Shown piece after piece: positions 1 through 13,249 of a stretch of DNA of 64,000 nucleotides (its first letter is position 1; every line of letters begins with the position of its first letter). The notes beneath the pieces are model-generated. The model was not told where the DNA came from and did not search any database. It saw only the letters and a program-made list of their open reading frames with translations. The stretch is from Octopus sinensis (lineage: Eukaryota): contig NC_043012.1 in the NCBI RefSeq assembly GCF_006345805.1, forward strand, positions 46,872,001 to 46,936,000, given 5' to 3'. Both the position numbers and the translations under genes were made by a program.

Positions 1-1553
1 CCACAGCTATCTGCGGCGGCCATTCGAGATCCCGTGTGAAGGGCATATCTACTGTTTATTTATGTTCTTCTACTATTTTTCCACCTCCCCGCCCTTGTAG
101 AAAAAGATAATTAATTGATCATCTTTAAGGGTGGGGGTGGTTTCTTCCACCGTGGGTGGCACAACTTCGGGACATGCAGTCGGCACATCATCTCCCCGCT
201 GAGATGACCCATTCTTCTTCCTTCTTTTTTTTTTTTTTCTTCCTGGCTTCGGGAGAGTGGAGCTCTTCCGCTTTGTCCGGTGACTCTTCCCCGCCTTCCG
301 AAGCCTTAGGTTCCTTCGGCGGGCAAATATTGTTGCCCGCCTTCTTCCTTTTTAATCCTTTTTGAGTTGAGGAGGCTGAAGCCTCCTCGACCACATCCAC
401 CTCTCCCTTTGACCGGGTAGGGGAGGTGGCATCTAATGACTGTTCCAGGACCTTACCATGGTCCTGGAGGCAGTTCCTTTTAATGTGGCCTGGCTGCAGG
501 CACGAGTGACACTTTGGGAGACGTCCCTCAAGTATCACCGGATACCTGCAGACAGCCATTTTCAAGAAGTCTGGAAAAACCAGTTCTGTAGCGGTCGATG
601 GGGTCCATAGGGTCAAAATCGCTTTTGACCCTTCCCAATCGACCGCCGGCAATACTCTTACATTTAAGAGCCTGGGCCCGCCATCCCCCAGTCACCGTCG
701 GATGGTATCTTCAATCCAATCCGCTTCGGTGCCCGGGGGAGCCCACATGCCCATGCTCGTATTAATTTTCTTCCACAATATGACGGGAGAAGTAGAATTT
801 CCTTGCCTTCTAAAGGCTGACTCGAAAACTGGCGAGCCTTTTCCCGTTGTCAAACAGCAGCCATACGGTTGCATGTTTGACACCACGGGATATATATTTT
901 ATAGAGGACAAATGTTCTTTAAGTTCATTTTTTATGACTAGTTTTGGGAAGACGGTGATGGAATTAAGAACTTTAGAATACGTTCTAAGTACCATCGTCT
1001 TCTCCTCCATATCTTTTAACCATTGCTTAGGCGGGTTAATTTCCCACTCTAAGACAGAGTTTTTCTTTTTAAGTTCCTTCTCTGCCATGTCAAAAAACAG
1101 TTCAAAAGTAGTTCAAAAGACAGTCTGCCAAAAAATTAAACCGAATAAAATAAAACAAAATAAAAGAGGAGGGGAGGAAACCGAAATTAAAATAATGAAA
1201 AGAATGAACCAAAATTTAGAAAGAAAGAAAAAATAGAAGAAGGGAAAAGTAAAAGAGAAACCTCACAAATAGCACACACAGGGAATCCTTTGTATAATAC
1301 TCCAAAAAGATAATCCAAAAGTTAATCCAAATGGTTTATTCTTATTTTTCTGGCGAGATACGCCCACTAGAATTCACAAGAAGAATTTTCAAAAAAAATT
1401 CTCATTTCACCGTTACGGTGATGAGAAGCCAGTATTTTGCTCACTATAGCTAGCCATAATTGACAATATTTCTTTTTTTTTTTTTTCTATTCGCGGAGCC
1501 GAAACTCACATCTGCTCACTGTAACAGTCCAGACCAACTAGTGTTGCATTCTG
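1..1553 (-). mobile_element. 5' part of an L1/Tx1-like non-LTR retrotransposon (5' UTR + ORF1; ORF2 would lie off the window)
   Basis: Minus-strand ORF pieces 810-1088, 692-886 and 188-652 chain into a gag-like ORF1 with a CX2CX4HX4C knuckle (CHSCLQPGHIKRNC) and a Lys/Glu-rich tail. A T-rich 5' UTR lies at 1089-1553. Clade assignment is inferred from ORF1 architecture only. Confidence 0.7.
188..1088 (-). pseudogene. Frameshifted LINE ORF1 (nucleic-acid-binding protein with CCHC zinc knuckle)
   Basis: ATG at 1088 (MAEKELKKK...). The frame changes between three listed ORFs, and the CCHC motif is in 188-652. Confidence 0.7.
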
Positions 1554-1587
1554 GGTAAGCAAGCTACTTACCACACAGCCACTCCTG

Positions 1588-1592
<5 letters not shown>
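1554..1592 (-). mobile_element. Isolated 5' head (39 nt) of a tRNA-derived SINE
   Basis: Reverse complement reads AGGCGCAGGAGTGGCTGTGTGGTAAGTAGCTTGCTTACC, with A-box-like TGGCTGTGTGG. It matches, from memory, the head of an abundant octopus SINE. The B-box half is absent. Confidence 0.7.
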
Positions 1593-1637
<45 letters not shown>

Positions 1638-1643
1638 ATATAT

Positions 1644-1690
<47 letters not shown>
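1593..1690. repeat. (CT)n(AT)n compound microsatellite
   Basis: Directly visible. Many further (AT)n, (CA)n and (TACA)n tracts occur throughout the window and are not all listed. Confidence 0.95.
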
Positions 1691-1696
<6 letters not shown>

Positions 1697-1861
1697 ACCA
1701 ATATGTGGAGAAACGAAAGACGAGCACACAACCAATTCATTGCGAGTTACATGTATGGATCAAAATAGTTTGATTCAAATTCGTTGGTACTCGTGAGTTT
1801 CAAGTGTGATGTTAGGCGTCGGACATTTTGAATTTTGAAATTTTAATCAAATTGTTTTGAT

Positions 1862-1899
<38 letters not shown>

Positions 1900-2646
1900 T
1901 ATATATATAATATATATATATATAAATTTAAAATGAGGGTGAAAAATTGGATATTAATTTGATTAACGTCAATTTAAAAACAGTGGTCTTGCATATTAAA
2001 ATCTGAAGGCTCAGAAAATTGTATTACATACATATGAGTGGGATGACCACTACGTGGACAACCCTTATGCTAGAAGCAGATCCGCTATGGTCTTACTAAT
2101 AAGAAATTTTGTCAAGAAAATTTAGCAAACACCAGAACGTAAGGCATAAAATATGTTCGGCAGTTAATATATTTCTGTTTTTTAAGCCGCTGTTCCTACA
2201 TGGAAGGAAAAATAAATGTATTAGATCGATCCCATGCACGCATACCGTTGCCTTTACACACGGAATACATTTAGCATTGTTTACTTATACTGGAAAACTC
2301 GTAACAAATGCACATATTTCACGATATGAGGTGTATAAAGGATGTTGTCTATGCATATTTTCTTAATGCTCAAGTTTCTTGCCTATATTATAGTTTTCTG
2401 ATATATTTAATATTTAGCATCCATCCTGATAAATCATATTTTCGACTAACAAATGCAACGTTATTGAAGTTTCTACACATTTTTGTCATAACGTATCCAT
2501 TAAGATAAGACGGAAATCATTAATCCAATTTTCAAGTGCACTACATTTTAAGACGAGTTTCTTGTTACTCCTTATAATTTTAAAATTTTCCCTTCCAAAG
2601 CATGTTGACATAATCAAGTTCTCATTCGTTTTCCAAGATAAAACAT

Positions 2647-2677
<31 letters not shown>

Positions 2678-2678
2678 T

Positions 2679-2727
<49 letters not shown>

Positions 2728-4099
2728 TATATATACATATATGTTGTGTATATGCTTTTTAAGAAACATTATTCAGCATCAGAATATATCTCTACTTAAG
2801 AAGGAGAAAAAAATATTCGAGAATACAAGAACTACGAAGATTAGACAATAACCATAAACATAAGAATTCTGGCGCCACTTCTAGGTAATTGATGAAAATT
2901 TACAAGAGAATAATGACGATCTCAAAAAAGAGAGATAATCAGTAACGTTTCAAAATTGTATTTATATAACCAAAAGAAACATTCACAATAAACATTGTTT
3001 AGAATTAAGAACGCTTAGTTATGTTTTATTGTTCTAAATCAATAGAATACACAAATATTTTCGTTTGCTTTCTTCTTTCTTTTTTAACATCTACTACTAC
3101 ATGAAACTATTTTCAGCACTCAGCGTTTTATAAATTCGGTAATAATATTACATCTAGAAGGGTAATACTGTCTATAAGTGGGAGACAGTGCAAGTTTCTA
3201 TTGTATCATTTTTTTTAATATTGAGAAGTTGAAGTTGAAGATCAACCCTACCAAGTCGATGGTGGTGACAGTAAGACTGAATTACTATTGGCAACTATAG
3301 TAGGCATTAAATGAAAGAAAGATGTGCCTCCTGTGACAGCCGAATACACTTTTAATGTGCAACAATAAATCATATCACCGTAAACTAAACATTGTTCTAG
3401 AGAGGCAGGTGGTGCACGTACACGGTATCTTCCGGACTTGATGTCTTTCTTTGTAATGTCAATTCTTGTGAATATTTTCGACCGTTGATTGAAATACGCT
3501 CCAGAATATCAAGGAAAAAATATTGTCTCATTCCTAAAAAAAAATACAATATTTTAGAAATTTAAAGAGTAAGGTTTCATAATATTGCAGGAATTTTTTT
3601 TTAAATTGACCCCATAAGGAATATTTTATTTTTCATTATTCAAAATAATTAAATTATGAGATCAAAATAATAAATAATAATTGAAGTTCTATTTACAAGC
3701 AGTATTTGTATGTGCATGCAACTAGCTTTCCTGAGTTATTGTCCTTGCTTCATTCCCGTCTCATATACCTGTATATGTCTACTTGTGTATACATACATAC
3801 ATACATACATACATACATACATACATACATACATACATACAACATACATACATACATATAAAGTATTGGGCTTTAGTTCAGAAGTAAGCTAACCGATTAT
3901 GTACACTAGGTAAGTGCTGTAACGGATTACTAGGGCTTCTTTTTTCTTCTTTCTTTCCATCTCATTCTTTTACTCACTTCTTCTATGTCATCATCTCATT
4001 AATATATACCATTCTCATTTTGTCTATTTTTTCCCAATAATAATATTGTATACGACTTGAGATGTTTGCCTTGTCCTAACGCTTATCGTCCTCTATAAC

Positions 4100-4131
<32 letters not shown>

Positions 4132-4133
<2 letters not shown>

Positions 4134-4590
4134 AATGGAACAAAAATGCAATAGAGGACATTAAACATCCGGACAGATAGACGATATTAAGGCGGACAGA
4201 GAAAGCAACAATTAGTTTGACAAGAAAAATAAGTACGGCTCATTCGTGGCCTTCATTTGGTTCAATCAAGTTAGCAGATGTCCTAAGAGTTTCGGGCAGT
4301 TACACTTGACACTGTTCGATCTGCTCTCGCTCCAAAAAGTCTAAATTAAGAGCATTAGATTTTTTATGTAAGAAAGCTTCCGAATGTGTAAGACAACGAA
4401 AGCAAAAACCGGAGAACATGATACACAATTACAAATACAAACAACAAGGATATAACAACCGGTGTCTTTCGGGTGAGGTGAATGAAATTGAGCTGTCGTG
4501 TATAAAGTGAAAGCTTTAAGGCAGGAAGATAGGCGATGGAAATAAGATGTGTTGGCAGTCGGCAGTCAGGCCGGGAAAGAAAGATCGTAT
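4132..4590 (-). mobile_element. Probable PLE pseudo-LTR-like terminal repeat fragment
   Basis: Bounded by (TA)n and (TATG)n. Shares the CCTTC...GTTTCG layout of the 11.7-14.5 kb repeat family. No ORF. Orientation is assigned by analogy only. Confidence 0.35.
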
Positions 4591-6879
4591 GTATGTATTT
4601 CGTTTTTGTATATTGCCTGCAAGATTCTTTATGTGAATTCATATGTTGAAGCATATTTTTTCCTCTCTGGGGAGAGTTCATTCTGATTTAATGCCATATT
4701 ACTTAACACACACACACCGGTTTGATTTCCACTCATTTACTAATATATTTTTCTATATTTTGTTTCTTCTTGCAAACTCTTCAACAGTCGTTGTCCCTGT
4801 CCGTTATCAGAGCTGCGTTCGTTTTATTTGTTTGTGCGCATGTGTGTGCGTCAGTGTGCATGTGTATACACATACGTCTGTGTGTATGTATGTATGTGTA
4901 TCTATGTGCGTATGTATGCATGTGTGTACGCATATATATGCATGCGTGTGTGTACTTTTGTACGTATGTATTCTGCATATTCATGTGCTTCTATGTTCCT
5001 GTTTGTATGGTTGTATGTGTGTGTGTATGTGTATGCGCGTTTGTGTGTCTTCGAGTGTGTGATTGTGTTCGCGCGCATTTGTGTGTGTACCCTTGCCTCC
5101 TTGTGTGTGCATGCTTGAGTGTGTCTATGAGAATGGACGTGCTTGGATATATACGTGTGTGTGATATGTATGGATGTGTGCCTCCATATTTGTCCTTGGT
5201 TATTTCTACACAACTTCACTGTATGTGAGAGATAGCACTGTTGTGATCCCATCCGTCCTTTCGCAGGTAATGTTTTCGCATTGCATGCTGTTCAACGAAA
5301 ACCACCCACCCTACCGAATAGGCTTTGTAGGGCGGCCGGTTTAGTTGCTGGTGGCCTGACAATATAAAAGCTTGTACACCTCCCACGCATGCCACACCAA
5401 ACACACTACATTCATCTTCACCCCTATATTCATCGTACAATTTATATATTATGGACCCATACGCTAATTTAAAGCGAATATAATGATCTCCGTACATTTT
5501 TTGGTATATTAGTATATAGCACACATTTTGGCAGAAATGACCATGTAACATCTCAAAATGTATTTCCTAAGCATCGCATTTTCATATTTTGTACATGATT
5601 TCTTATTTTCGTCAGTAATTTAAAGAAAATATATTCTGGGCTTGGATGCAGTTATGCGACATAAAACAGATAATGTTATACAGTGCCTTGAATAAACATC
5701 GCATAATATATTATCTCTTCCGGCATATATCATGAAATGTGTGGCTGTTAATGAAATCATTAGTGTTTCAGCAGATCTATGACGCATATACATCACATAT
5801 CGGCAAAACAGAGTTGCTTAATACATCGATCAGTGTGTGAAGTCTCCCGTGGGATTTTTTATTTGAGAATATATTACGGATAATATTCATGTTTACATAT
5901 AGAATAACTTCTCATTAATTATTTAGTGACAGGAACGTAGTTATATTTAGAAAGATCCCACTAATACGTCATCTTGGGAATGACTAGTGTTCTGCTACAC
6001 TAACTTTTTGTAACATATTCCTCTTAGATCTTCGCTATGATAATGCACAGGTCAACGAATAGCTAAATACCACTGGGAAAAGATATAGTAGCGAAACTAA
6101 CTTACTTCCCGAAGCAAAATAAAATCAGAAAAGGGACGCTAAATGATACTTCTATGTAAATAATGCGTAGAAATTAATATCAAGTCACACTCTATCAGTA
6201 TATATTAGTCAAATGCATCATATCTACGTTCTGTTGGTATCAAAAGATTAATATAAATTGGTTTCTCTCATGTGGCAAAAATTAACCGATTTCATGCATT
6301 GCATGTGGAAGAAACTACCTTTAAAGTTTTAGTGAATTCATCATATTAGCTTCTGTGTTTATTTCAGTTTGATTTTTATTGTATGGAATCTTATTTGTCG
6401 TACTAACATAAGTGATTTCAGATAAATCATATCCTTGGAAAGCGCTCACGCACACATTTGTAAACAGTTTAAAGACGCATATGAACCTAGGCAATAACAT
6501 TTCAGTTGAATGAATAAACACCACAAATAGACATGCAATCGTCCCTATCAATTTCTGCCAATTCAAAAACATCTGAGGATAGCGCCACATTACTTTGACT
6601 CATTGTTATTACCCTGGCTCCCATGAAATAGACGTTTTCACCTCCCTGGTGCTGCAAACATTCTATTATCTCCCCAATTTCTCCTTTTGTAACAACTGAC
6701 AATGTAGGGCGTGTTTAGCAGAGAATCTGTAAGCGCATAGCTACAATATTTCCACTCAAAAATATCAGTTAGATGTTCCTAAAGTCATCGAAGTTGATCA
6801 GTTCTCTTTTCCTCAGAATTAAGTTCCCTTCTGTACAGCTCCATTGATCAGTAGCCTAGATTTTCATTCATATCTAATT

Positions 6880-7640
6880 CAGGATTTTGAATGCCATATA
6901 GAGCTACTTGGAAATTTATTGCCCTGTCCCTATCGGATTCCCAGATGCGTTCCTAGCATTTTAGCTACTGTAAATGAGAAACAAAAAAGGAAGGCAGATT
7001 TTAAATCCATAGCTTTAACTAAAACACAGACAACACATTCCCTGAGTTGCAATATTATGCTGCCAAGTCGAAAGGAATACAGCAGTATTAGCGCCAGGCA
7101 GTGTTAAAGTATAAACGAGCAGCGTTTAGGTTAGTTAAAATATGTTTGTGACATATTAAAGACAATTCACTGTTGTTACCTTCGAGAAATAAATCTTTCT
7201 TATGGTAAAAGGTGCAAAGGCACTATATCTGCCCAGTGCTTCCCGCTATTGGATTCCTAAACGCGTTTATACCTCTTCGACTATTATCAATCCAAAATAC
7301 CGAAGTGAAGTAAATCTGGACAGATTTTAAAGCCATAGGTTTAACTAAAGCACAATCAACAACATTAATTGTATTGGGTTCTTAGACTATCAGGTCTGAA
7401 AATTGTTTGCAATGTCAGCACCAAGCAGTGTTTAGATAGTGAAGTCAGTTAAAATATATTTGTGACAAATTTCAACTTCTAAAGGCAAACTTACTGCAGT
7501 TACCGTGGAGAAAAAATTCTCTCTTAGGTGTAAATCTTGAGGTTGCATCCCTACAAAACAAAAACACCCCAGCAATTTACTGTCCTAGACTATATGTCTT
7601 CCCACACCAAGGCAATAATCACAAGCCACTTCGAAGGCAA
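6880..7640 (+). pseudogene. Tandem array of about three diverged ~270-nt exon-like modules of an unrecognised repeated domain
   Basis: Period ~315-326 bp (CAGATTTTAAA at 6995 and 7321). Donors are AG|GTTAGT after 7129 and A|GTCAGT after 7443; acceptor CAG|TTACCGTGGAG at 7500. Homologous to 37970-38400. Stops and frameshifts are present. Confidence 0.5.
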
Positions 7641-8094
7641 CCACTTACTTTTCATGACACAGAGATGTGTACATGCTAGCAGAATTCAGTTTCCACAACA
7701 ATGATGAAGTGTAGCTCTGGATAGAAAAAAAACGATGATAATATCTCAAGTAAAGTTGCAGCGAGACGTATTTCTACAAGAGGTAAATTCTGTTTTTAGC
7801 GATCAACCTTACATACCTAATATTTTTGCTGAGATTTTATTTGATTGTTTGATGCAACTGATAGAATAAAAGTGTTTCAAGTTTTTTTCATGTGTGGTAG
7901 AACTGATATAGGGAATACACAAACGAGAAACGATTGTCGTTGATCATTTCCGGTTTCTAATACCACTTGAAAGCAAATTTAAGATTTGGGCCAAAACATT
8001 GAGAAAAACACTTTATCTAGAAGTATGGTCAGAAATATGCAGATATATGCCATCCCGGGCAGCTATATCACAATCAACTCCAGCTTATATGATA

Positions 8095-8487
8095 CGAGGG
8101 TGTGCTGAAATGTTCATAGGTTGTATATGAAGCTGTGAAATCTTGCAAGCATTAATCTCAACTGCTCCTATTTATAACTGCATTGTTTTTTCAGGTAAAC
8201 AGATATTTGACTGTTAAAAAGAGATACCAAACGTAACTGGTAGTGACTACTGTTGAAAGTGAACAAAATTTGGCATCATCATGTTATCAAGTATCTGCAG
8301 AAAAAGTATTAAGCCCTCAACGACATTTATGCCAACATGTTTGCTGTACTAGCGGATGATGCCTTAGCTTTATCAACAGGACGAAATTTTGAAGCTAAAT
8401 TTAGTAGTGGAAGGGAGAGTCTTGAAGGTGACCCAAGGTTTGGACGTCCTGCAAACCGCCACCACCAAAGAAAGCATTGATGGCATT
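8095..8487 (+). mobile_element. Mariner transposon 5' fragment (TIR + degenerate N-terminal transposase)
   Basis: TA + CGAGGGTGTGCTGAAATGTTC terminus. Translation includes IKYLQKK and SGRESLEGDPRFGRP, the mariner N-terminal GRP motif. Truncated at 8487. Confidence 0.75.
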
Positions 8488-9640
8488 TGTTGTAGTGAAA
8501 ATGGTACACTCCTACCCACGTGTCAAAGTGATTTGACACAGACACTATAAAGTCTGATAGTCAGTCGTTGTAGGAGGCCAGTAGTAGTCCGGTCGTTGTG
8601 CGAGTTTTCAGTTGGAGTCAGTGTCAGTTATAGGATATGTACGAGTTCGAGTTATCGTCAAGGTAGACGTTTCCAAATCATTGTCTTGCGGAGCTATCAG
8701 CGATAGTACGATAGCCAGGTCTAAGATACAAAGACGCAAAATACCGCCACAACATACTAGTAGCGACAAGAATATTACGGCGCCGACAGCAACATACAAG
8801 TGGATGAGGATCAACATTATAACAGTGTTCCATACAGAAAATATAAACAGGTCACGCGGACAATGTTGACAGAACAAAAAGAAACAATTTTCACTGGAAA
8901 ATAAACAATTCACGCGGATGTAGTTGTAAGAATGTTTCACTTGGAGAAATTTAAAACTCGACAGAGGAGTAACAAACAGTTTCTTTGTATATATTTTATG
9001 AAAAATCCGTAAATTTACGAAAAACTTAGGGGATTTCGTTGAGTTGCAAAGAGAGCAACTACAAACAACTTAAAGAACAACGAGAACAACAAATTTTACG
9101 ACAACAAATGCTACAACCTAATGAGGTTAGTAACAAAACCTAAAAATACGTTTTCGCCATACCATGTAGCAAATTCAATAAATGAATTTAAATACAACCC
9201 GGAAGTAGGTATCACATTCAAGGCATATTATCGAAGATTAGAACAAATTTTCGAAAAAAATCCCAAGACTGGACGGACAAAATGGAAACGCGTTTAATTC
9301 TGAGGAAACTGACGACGATGGAGAATGCTTAAAAAGGTTTCCGACATACGTTCCACGGACACAATCGACATTTTAAGTAGGATGTTTAGTGAAAAGCATC
9401 GTTGTTCAACACACGCTGGAAGTGTTTGATAACAATCTAAATTCAAACGTCTCCGAAGTTAAATTTGTCTTCAATCGATTAGGGAAGAGGTGGAAAAAAA
9501 TGATATACCACGACCTACCCTTGACAAATTGGTGCATTTTGCCTTCGTTGGATATAAATATTAATGAGTGGTGGATTGGAAAAATTATTAAAACATCAAG
9601 AAAACTATCTTGCGGTAGTTCTTCTCCCCCTATATGTCGT
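8488..9640 (+). mobile_element. Ty3/Gypsy LTR retrotransposon remnant (LTR-like segment + degenerate gag)
   Basis: Starts TGTTGTAGTG. PBS-like AGTGGATGAGGAT near 8800. Gag-like peptide NSINEFKYNPEVGITFKAYYRRLEQIFEK at ~9175-9260 resembles K02A2.6-type Gypsy gag. Confidence 0.6.
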
Positions 9641-9780
9641 TAGTTCAAAATTGACCGGGGTCAACTTTAATTTTCATCTGTTCGATGACGTTAAAATACA
9701 GTACTCGTCAAGTACTGGGTCCAACCTAAATAAGTAGCCATTCCCGTTAAGATAGTTGGCCGAATGCCTACATTAGAAAT
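9640..9780 (+). mobile_element. Diverged tRNA-derived SINE (3' part)
   Basis: GTTCAAAATTGACCGGGGTCAACTTT...CAAGTACTGGG resembles the better-preserved SINE at 26741. Confidence 0.45.
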
Positions 9781-11617
9781 TATTTAAAAATGAATTCTCT
9801 CCAGTCACCAAGTCTATTGTCCGTAAAATGAAATATCTAGTTGTCTGGCGGAAAGAAATCAATGTTAAATCTGGCAATGTATGTTGAAGACATCGCAATT
9901 TCTTTTTTATCGAATATTTCATTAATTTAATAGTGTGTATGTTACATAATACATTAAACACATCTTACATTGGCAAACTTTTAAGTACACCTCATATGAC
10001 TCGGTGTAGAGTTTTACATTACAAGGTGTTACATTAGACCTGCTTGATTATTGAAAGCACCAGAATCATTTCCTGAATTCTTCAATAATTGAGGAAAAGA
10101 GAGGGAGCGATACATACAGTTATGTTCATTCTCTATTCATCGCATTATAGAAATTATATTGAATGTCCACACAACTATTCACATGATACTTATTGCTTTA
10201 TCAATGGAGTATTTAATACAATACTCGCTTCCTTTCATTAGGAACAGTGTTTATATGAAATATATTCAAAACATTAAAAGCAGATACCAGTTCATTCACA
10301 CTGAAATATTGTATATTCTGTTTTCAAAATCCTTTTCAAAACAGGTTGGCTTGAATTTAAATATTATCATATTATTACGTATACTATATACTCAATAACT
10401 GCTTGAAAATCTTATAAATTTAAGCTACTAATGTAATATGGATGGTAGATGGCTTTATTAGATATAGATTCTTTCGTTTAGTACTTAGTTCAAATACTTT
10501 TTAGCAATAGTTTCTATTTTAAATGCATAAATATAAATACAAAATAAGCTCAGGATGTAGAGACTATAAATTAAATATTCATACTACTTTCAGAATTTAC
10601 CATCCATCTCAATCAAAACTTCCATTTCTATTTGAAATAAATATGTATTAATATGTCTGAAAAAAATTGAGCTGAATATTAGATATCATAGAATAAGTCA
10701 TAGCATTCTATGCTTCAAATATTCCGTAATTTATAAGATAAACTACCACAACGAATGAGAACTTATACTGACATACAATTAGTGCTGAAACCCTTGTCCT
10801 TTCAGACATTTGTAACGCATCTTTTAAAGACCGGTTTCATAGAGTAAATTAATAATTTCTCGTTTATGAATCTGAGTAACGGAGCGATTTCGATTCGTAG
10901 AAAGAGACTTGTGTTTGTGGTAAATACGCATTTTCAAATAATCTCGTTTGTTTTGTGACATACATACATAAATTGTTTAACATCCTTCCATATTTTTTCT
11001 TGTACAGAAATGGTGCAGAATCAAATATAATGACGTAATGTTACCCACTTGTTGATCATTTTGTGACAGCAGGCATCAGTTTAGAGCGGTCAAACTGTAT
11101 TGTACTGAACACATATATAGGCACATTCTATATCAAATGTTCAGTTTCCGAATTTGTCGTGTTTTTCCCACCACCGATTTGAATCATCAGTAGGTATCTT
11201 TCACAAAACATGTAAATTAGCAAGTCCAAAAATAATGTTCATTTCTTCATCTGGTTTCAGTTATGTCAACATTGTGCCTCACCTCCTTTATAGAAAGTGA
11301 CTAAATATATACATATTGGTATATGTTTTGCGGAAACTTAATTTCCCGAGCTGCTTAAATTAGCTGCTTTTGAACATGAAGAATGATAAAACCGGTGTAA
11401 ATATTCCGGAACATTACCATTTGTTGACCATTTTGTAGTATTCTGCCCTAGATTATCTCGGATTCATGAAAAGTGTGGTATTCCGTTGGATCTTAGTAGG
11501 TTGTAGAAAACAGCTCTTCAGGAAGTTGTTGAATATTTTTTTAACAAAATGAAAATTTCTTGAGATACCAGCATAATTTCAAAACAGAAACCCCTCAAGC
11601 AAATACCCCCACCACAA

Positions 11618-11662
<45 letters not shown>

Positions 11663-11666
11663 ATAT

Positions 11667-12734
11667 GTTAATAAAATATATGCATATATATAAACATATA
11701 TGTACGTACCTACCTCTACATGTACATATACACGCATATATGTGTACAGGACACCAAAAAGACGTCGAACACATAGAGAGACGAAAAACATAGACACAAA
11801 CCAAGGAACAAGACAGGCAAAAAAAAAGGGGAGATACAGGACAATAAGCACAACGAAAAATCCCCTTCTTCAGTCGCTAAAGTTTCATCTACTAAACGTT
11901 TCGAAGGATAAAAGCGAGACGTATACTTCGAATGAAAAATTCCTTCCTGCGAAAAGCAAATCAATTAAAATTCTGAGATCTTGTCGCAGAGGGGTAAAAA
12001 AAAGCAAGACGGTAAAGACAGTACAAACATATAAACAGTAAAAAAATATATATATAAACAGTGGAAAAATAAATATATAACAGTGAGAGACAGGACAAGG
12101 AGAACAAGATAAGAAGGGCTGTTAACGCCAGACGAAAAAGTATTGCAAACGCTGGATTATAGTGGACGACGAGAGAGGGAGATGTCGACCAGTAGCCTTA
12201 GAAGGCGGGCGAGAAAGGACAGAATAGCAGTTACGACGGAAGTACGTCGCAGATGGACGACGGGAATGGGAGAGGAGGAGCAAGAGGAAGAGAGAGAAGA
12301 AGGGGAATGGTGCGAGGAGACCATGAAGAACAGTGAGGGGGAGAGAGAGAGGAAGAGACAAGTTAAGTGAGGGAAAAAAGACGAAAAAGGGAATGGGAGA
12401 GAAAGAAAGAAAGATGCAGAGTCGCGTGAGAGTTAATATCAAGGCGAACTTGATAAACAGAACAATCTTACTTAATAGGGTGCGTGCGTTTAGTCGTATA
12501 ATATGTTAATAAAATATATGCATATATATAAACATATATGTACGTACCTACCTCTACATGTACATATACACACATATATGAGTACAGGACACCAAAAGGA
12601 CGTCGAACACATAGAGAGACGAAAAACATAGACACAAACCAAGGAACAAGACAGGCAAAAAAAAAGGAGATACAGGACAATAAGCACAACGAAAAATCCC
12701 CTTCTTCAGTCGCTAAAGTTTCATCTACTAAACG

Positions 12735-12736
<2 letters not shown>
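11667..12736 (-). mobile_element. Internally deleted, non-autonomous PLE with partial tandem pseudo-LTRs
   Basis: Direct repeats 11667-~11900 and 12505-12736 are near-identical. They flank a pyrimidine-rich (minus strand) unique segment like the start of the PLE ORF at 31 kb. Both ends sit in (TA)n. Confidence 0.6.
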
Positions 12737-12773
<37 letters not shown>

Positions 12774-12776
12774 CAT

Positions 12777-12812
<36 letters not shown>

Positions 12813-13249
12813 GCATACAAATCTATTAATAAATGGGTCAATATCATAATATTTAAAAGCCCATCACACACATACCCACTCACACATACATACATACATA
12901 CATACATACATACATACATACATACATACATACATACATACATACGTATGTGTGTATATATATATCAGAGGTAAATTTGTTGGTATGAATGTTTAGCATG
13001 ATACAGGTCGTAGAATATACCCTGTGATCTCTGTTATTCATGCAAACTAGATGAGTTCGTGGTTAGGCTACTTTTGAAAGTTTTAAGAGGAAAGAGATTA
13101 TAGCTGCAATAAAATAAGGAAGAAGGCATTTTCTGTACGAGTGACTACTATTAGACAAATTAAGGAGACAGAAGTAAATTAGATCGAGCCATATCAGAAA
13201 AGTTTTGCAAAATGAGTATCATGTATTTAAACATTATACACCGACAAGC

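Noticed and set aside
1-46. Start of LINE ORF2 (MPFTRDLEWPPQIAV) on the minus strand
   Set aside because: Only 15 codons are visible before the window edge, so the endonuclease signature cannot be confirmed.
4643-5252. Val/Cys/Tyr- and His/Thr-rich ORFs, and similar ORFs at 15.8, 21, 26, 47.7, 58.8 and 63.5 kb
   Set aside because: Microsatellite-derived open frames.
5216-5551. 111-aa minus-strand ORF with protein-like composition
   Set aside because: No recognisable motif, no convincing splice borders and no related copy in the window.
6502-6702. Minus-strand ORF (KGEIGEIIECLQHQ...)
   Set aside because: No family match. It lies antisense to a putative plus-strand module and is probably a shadow ORF.
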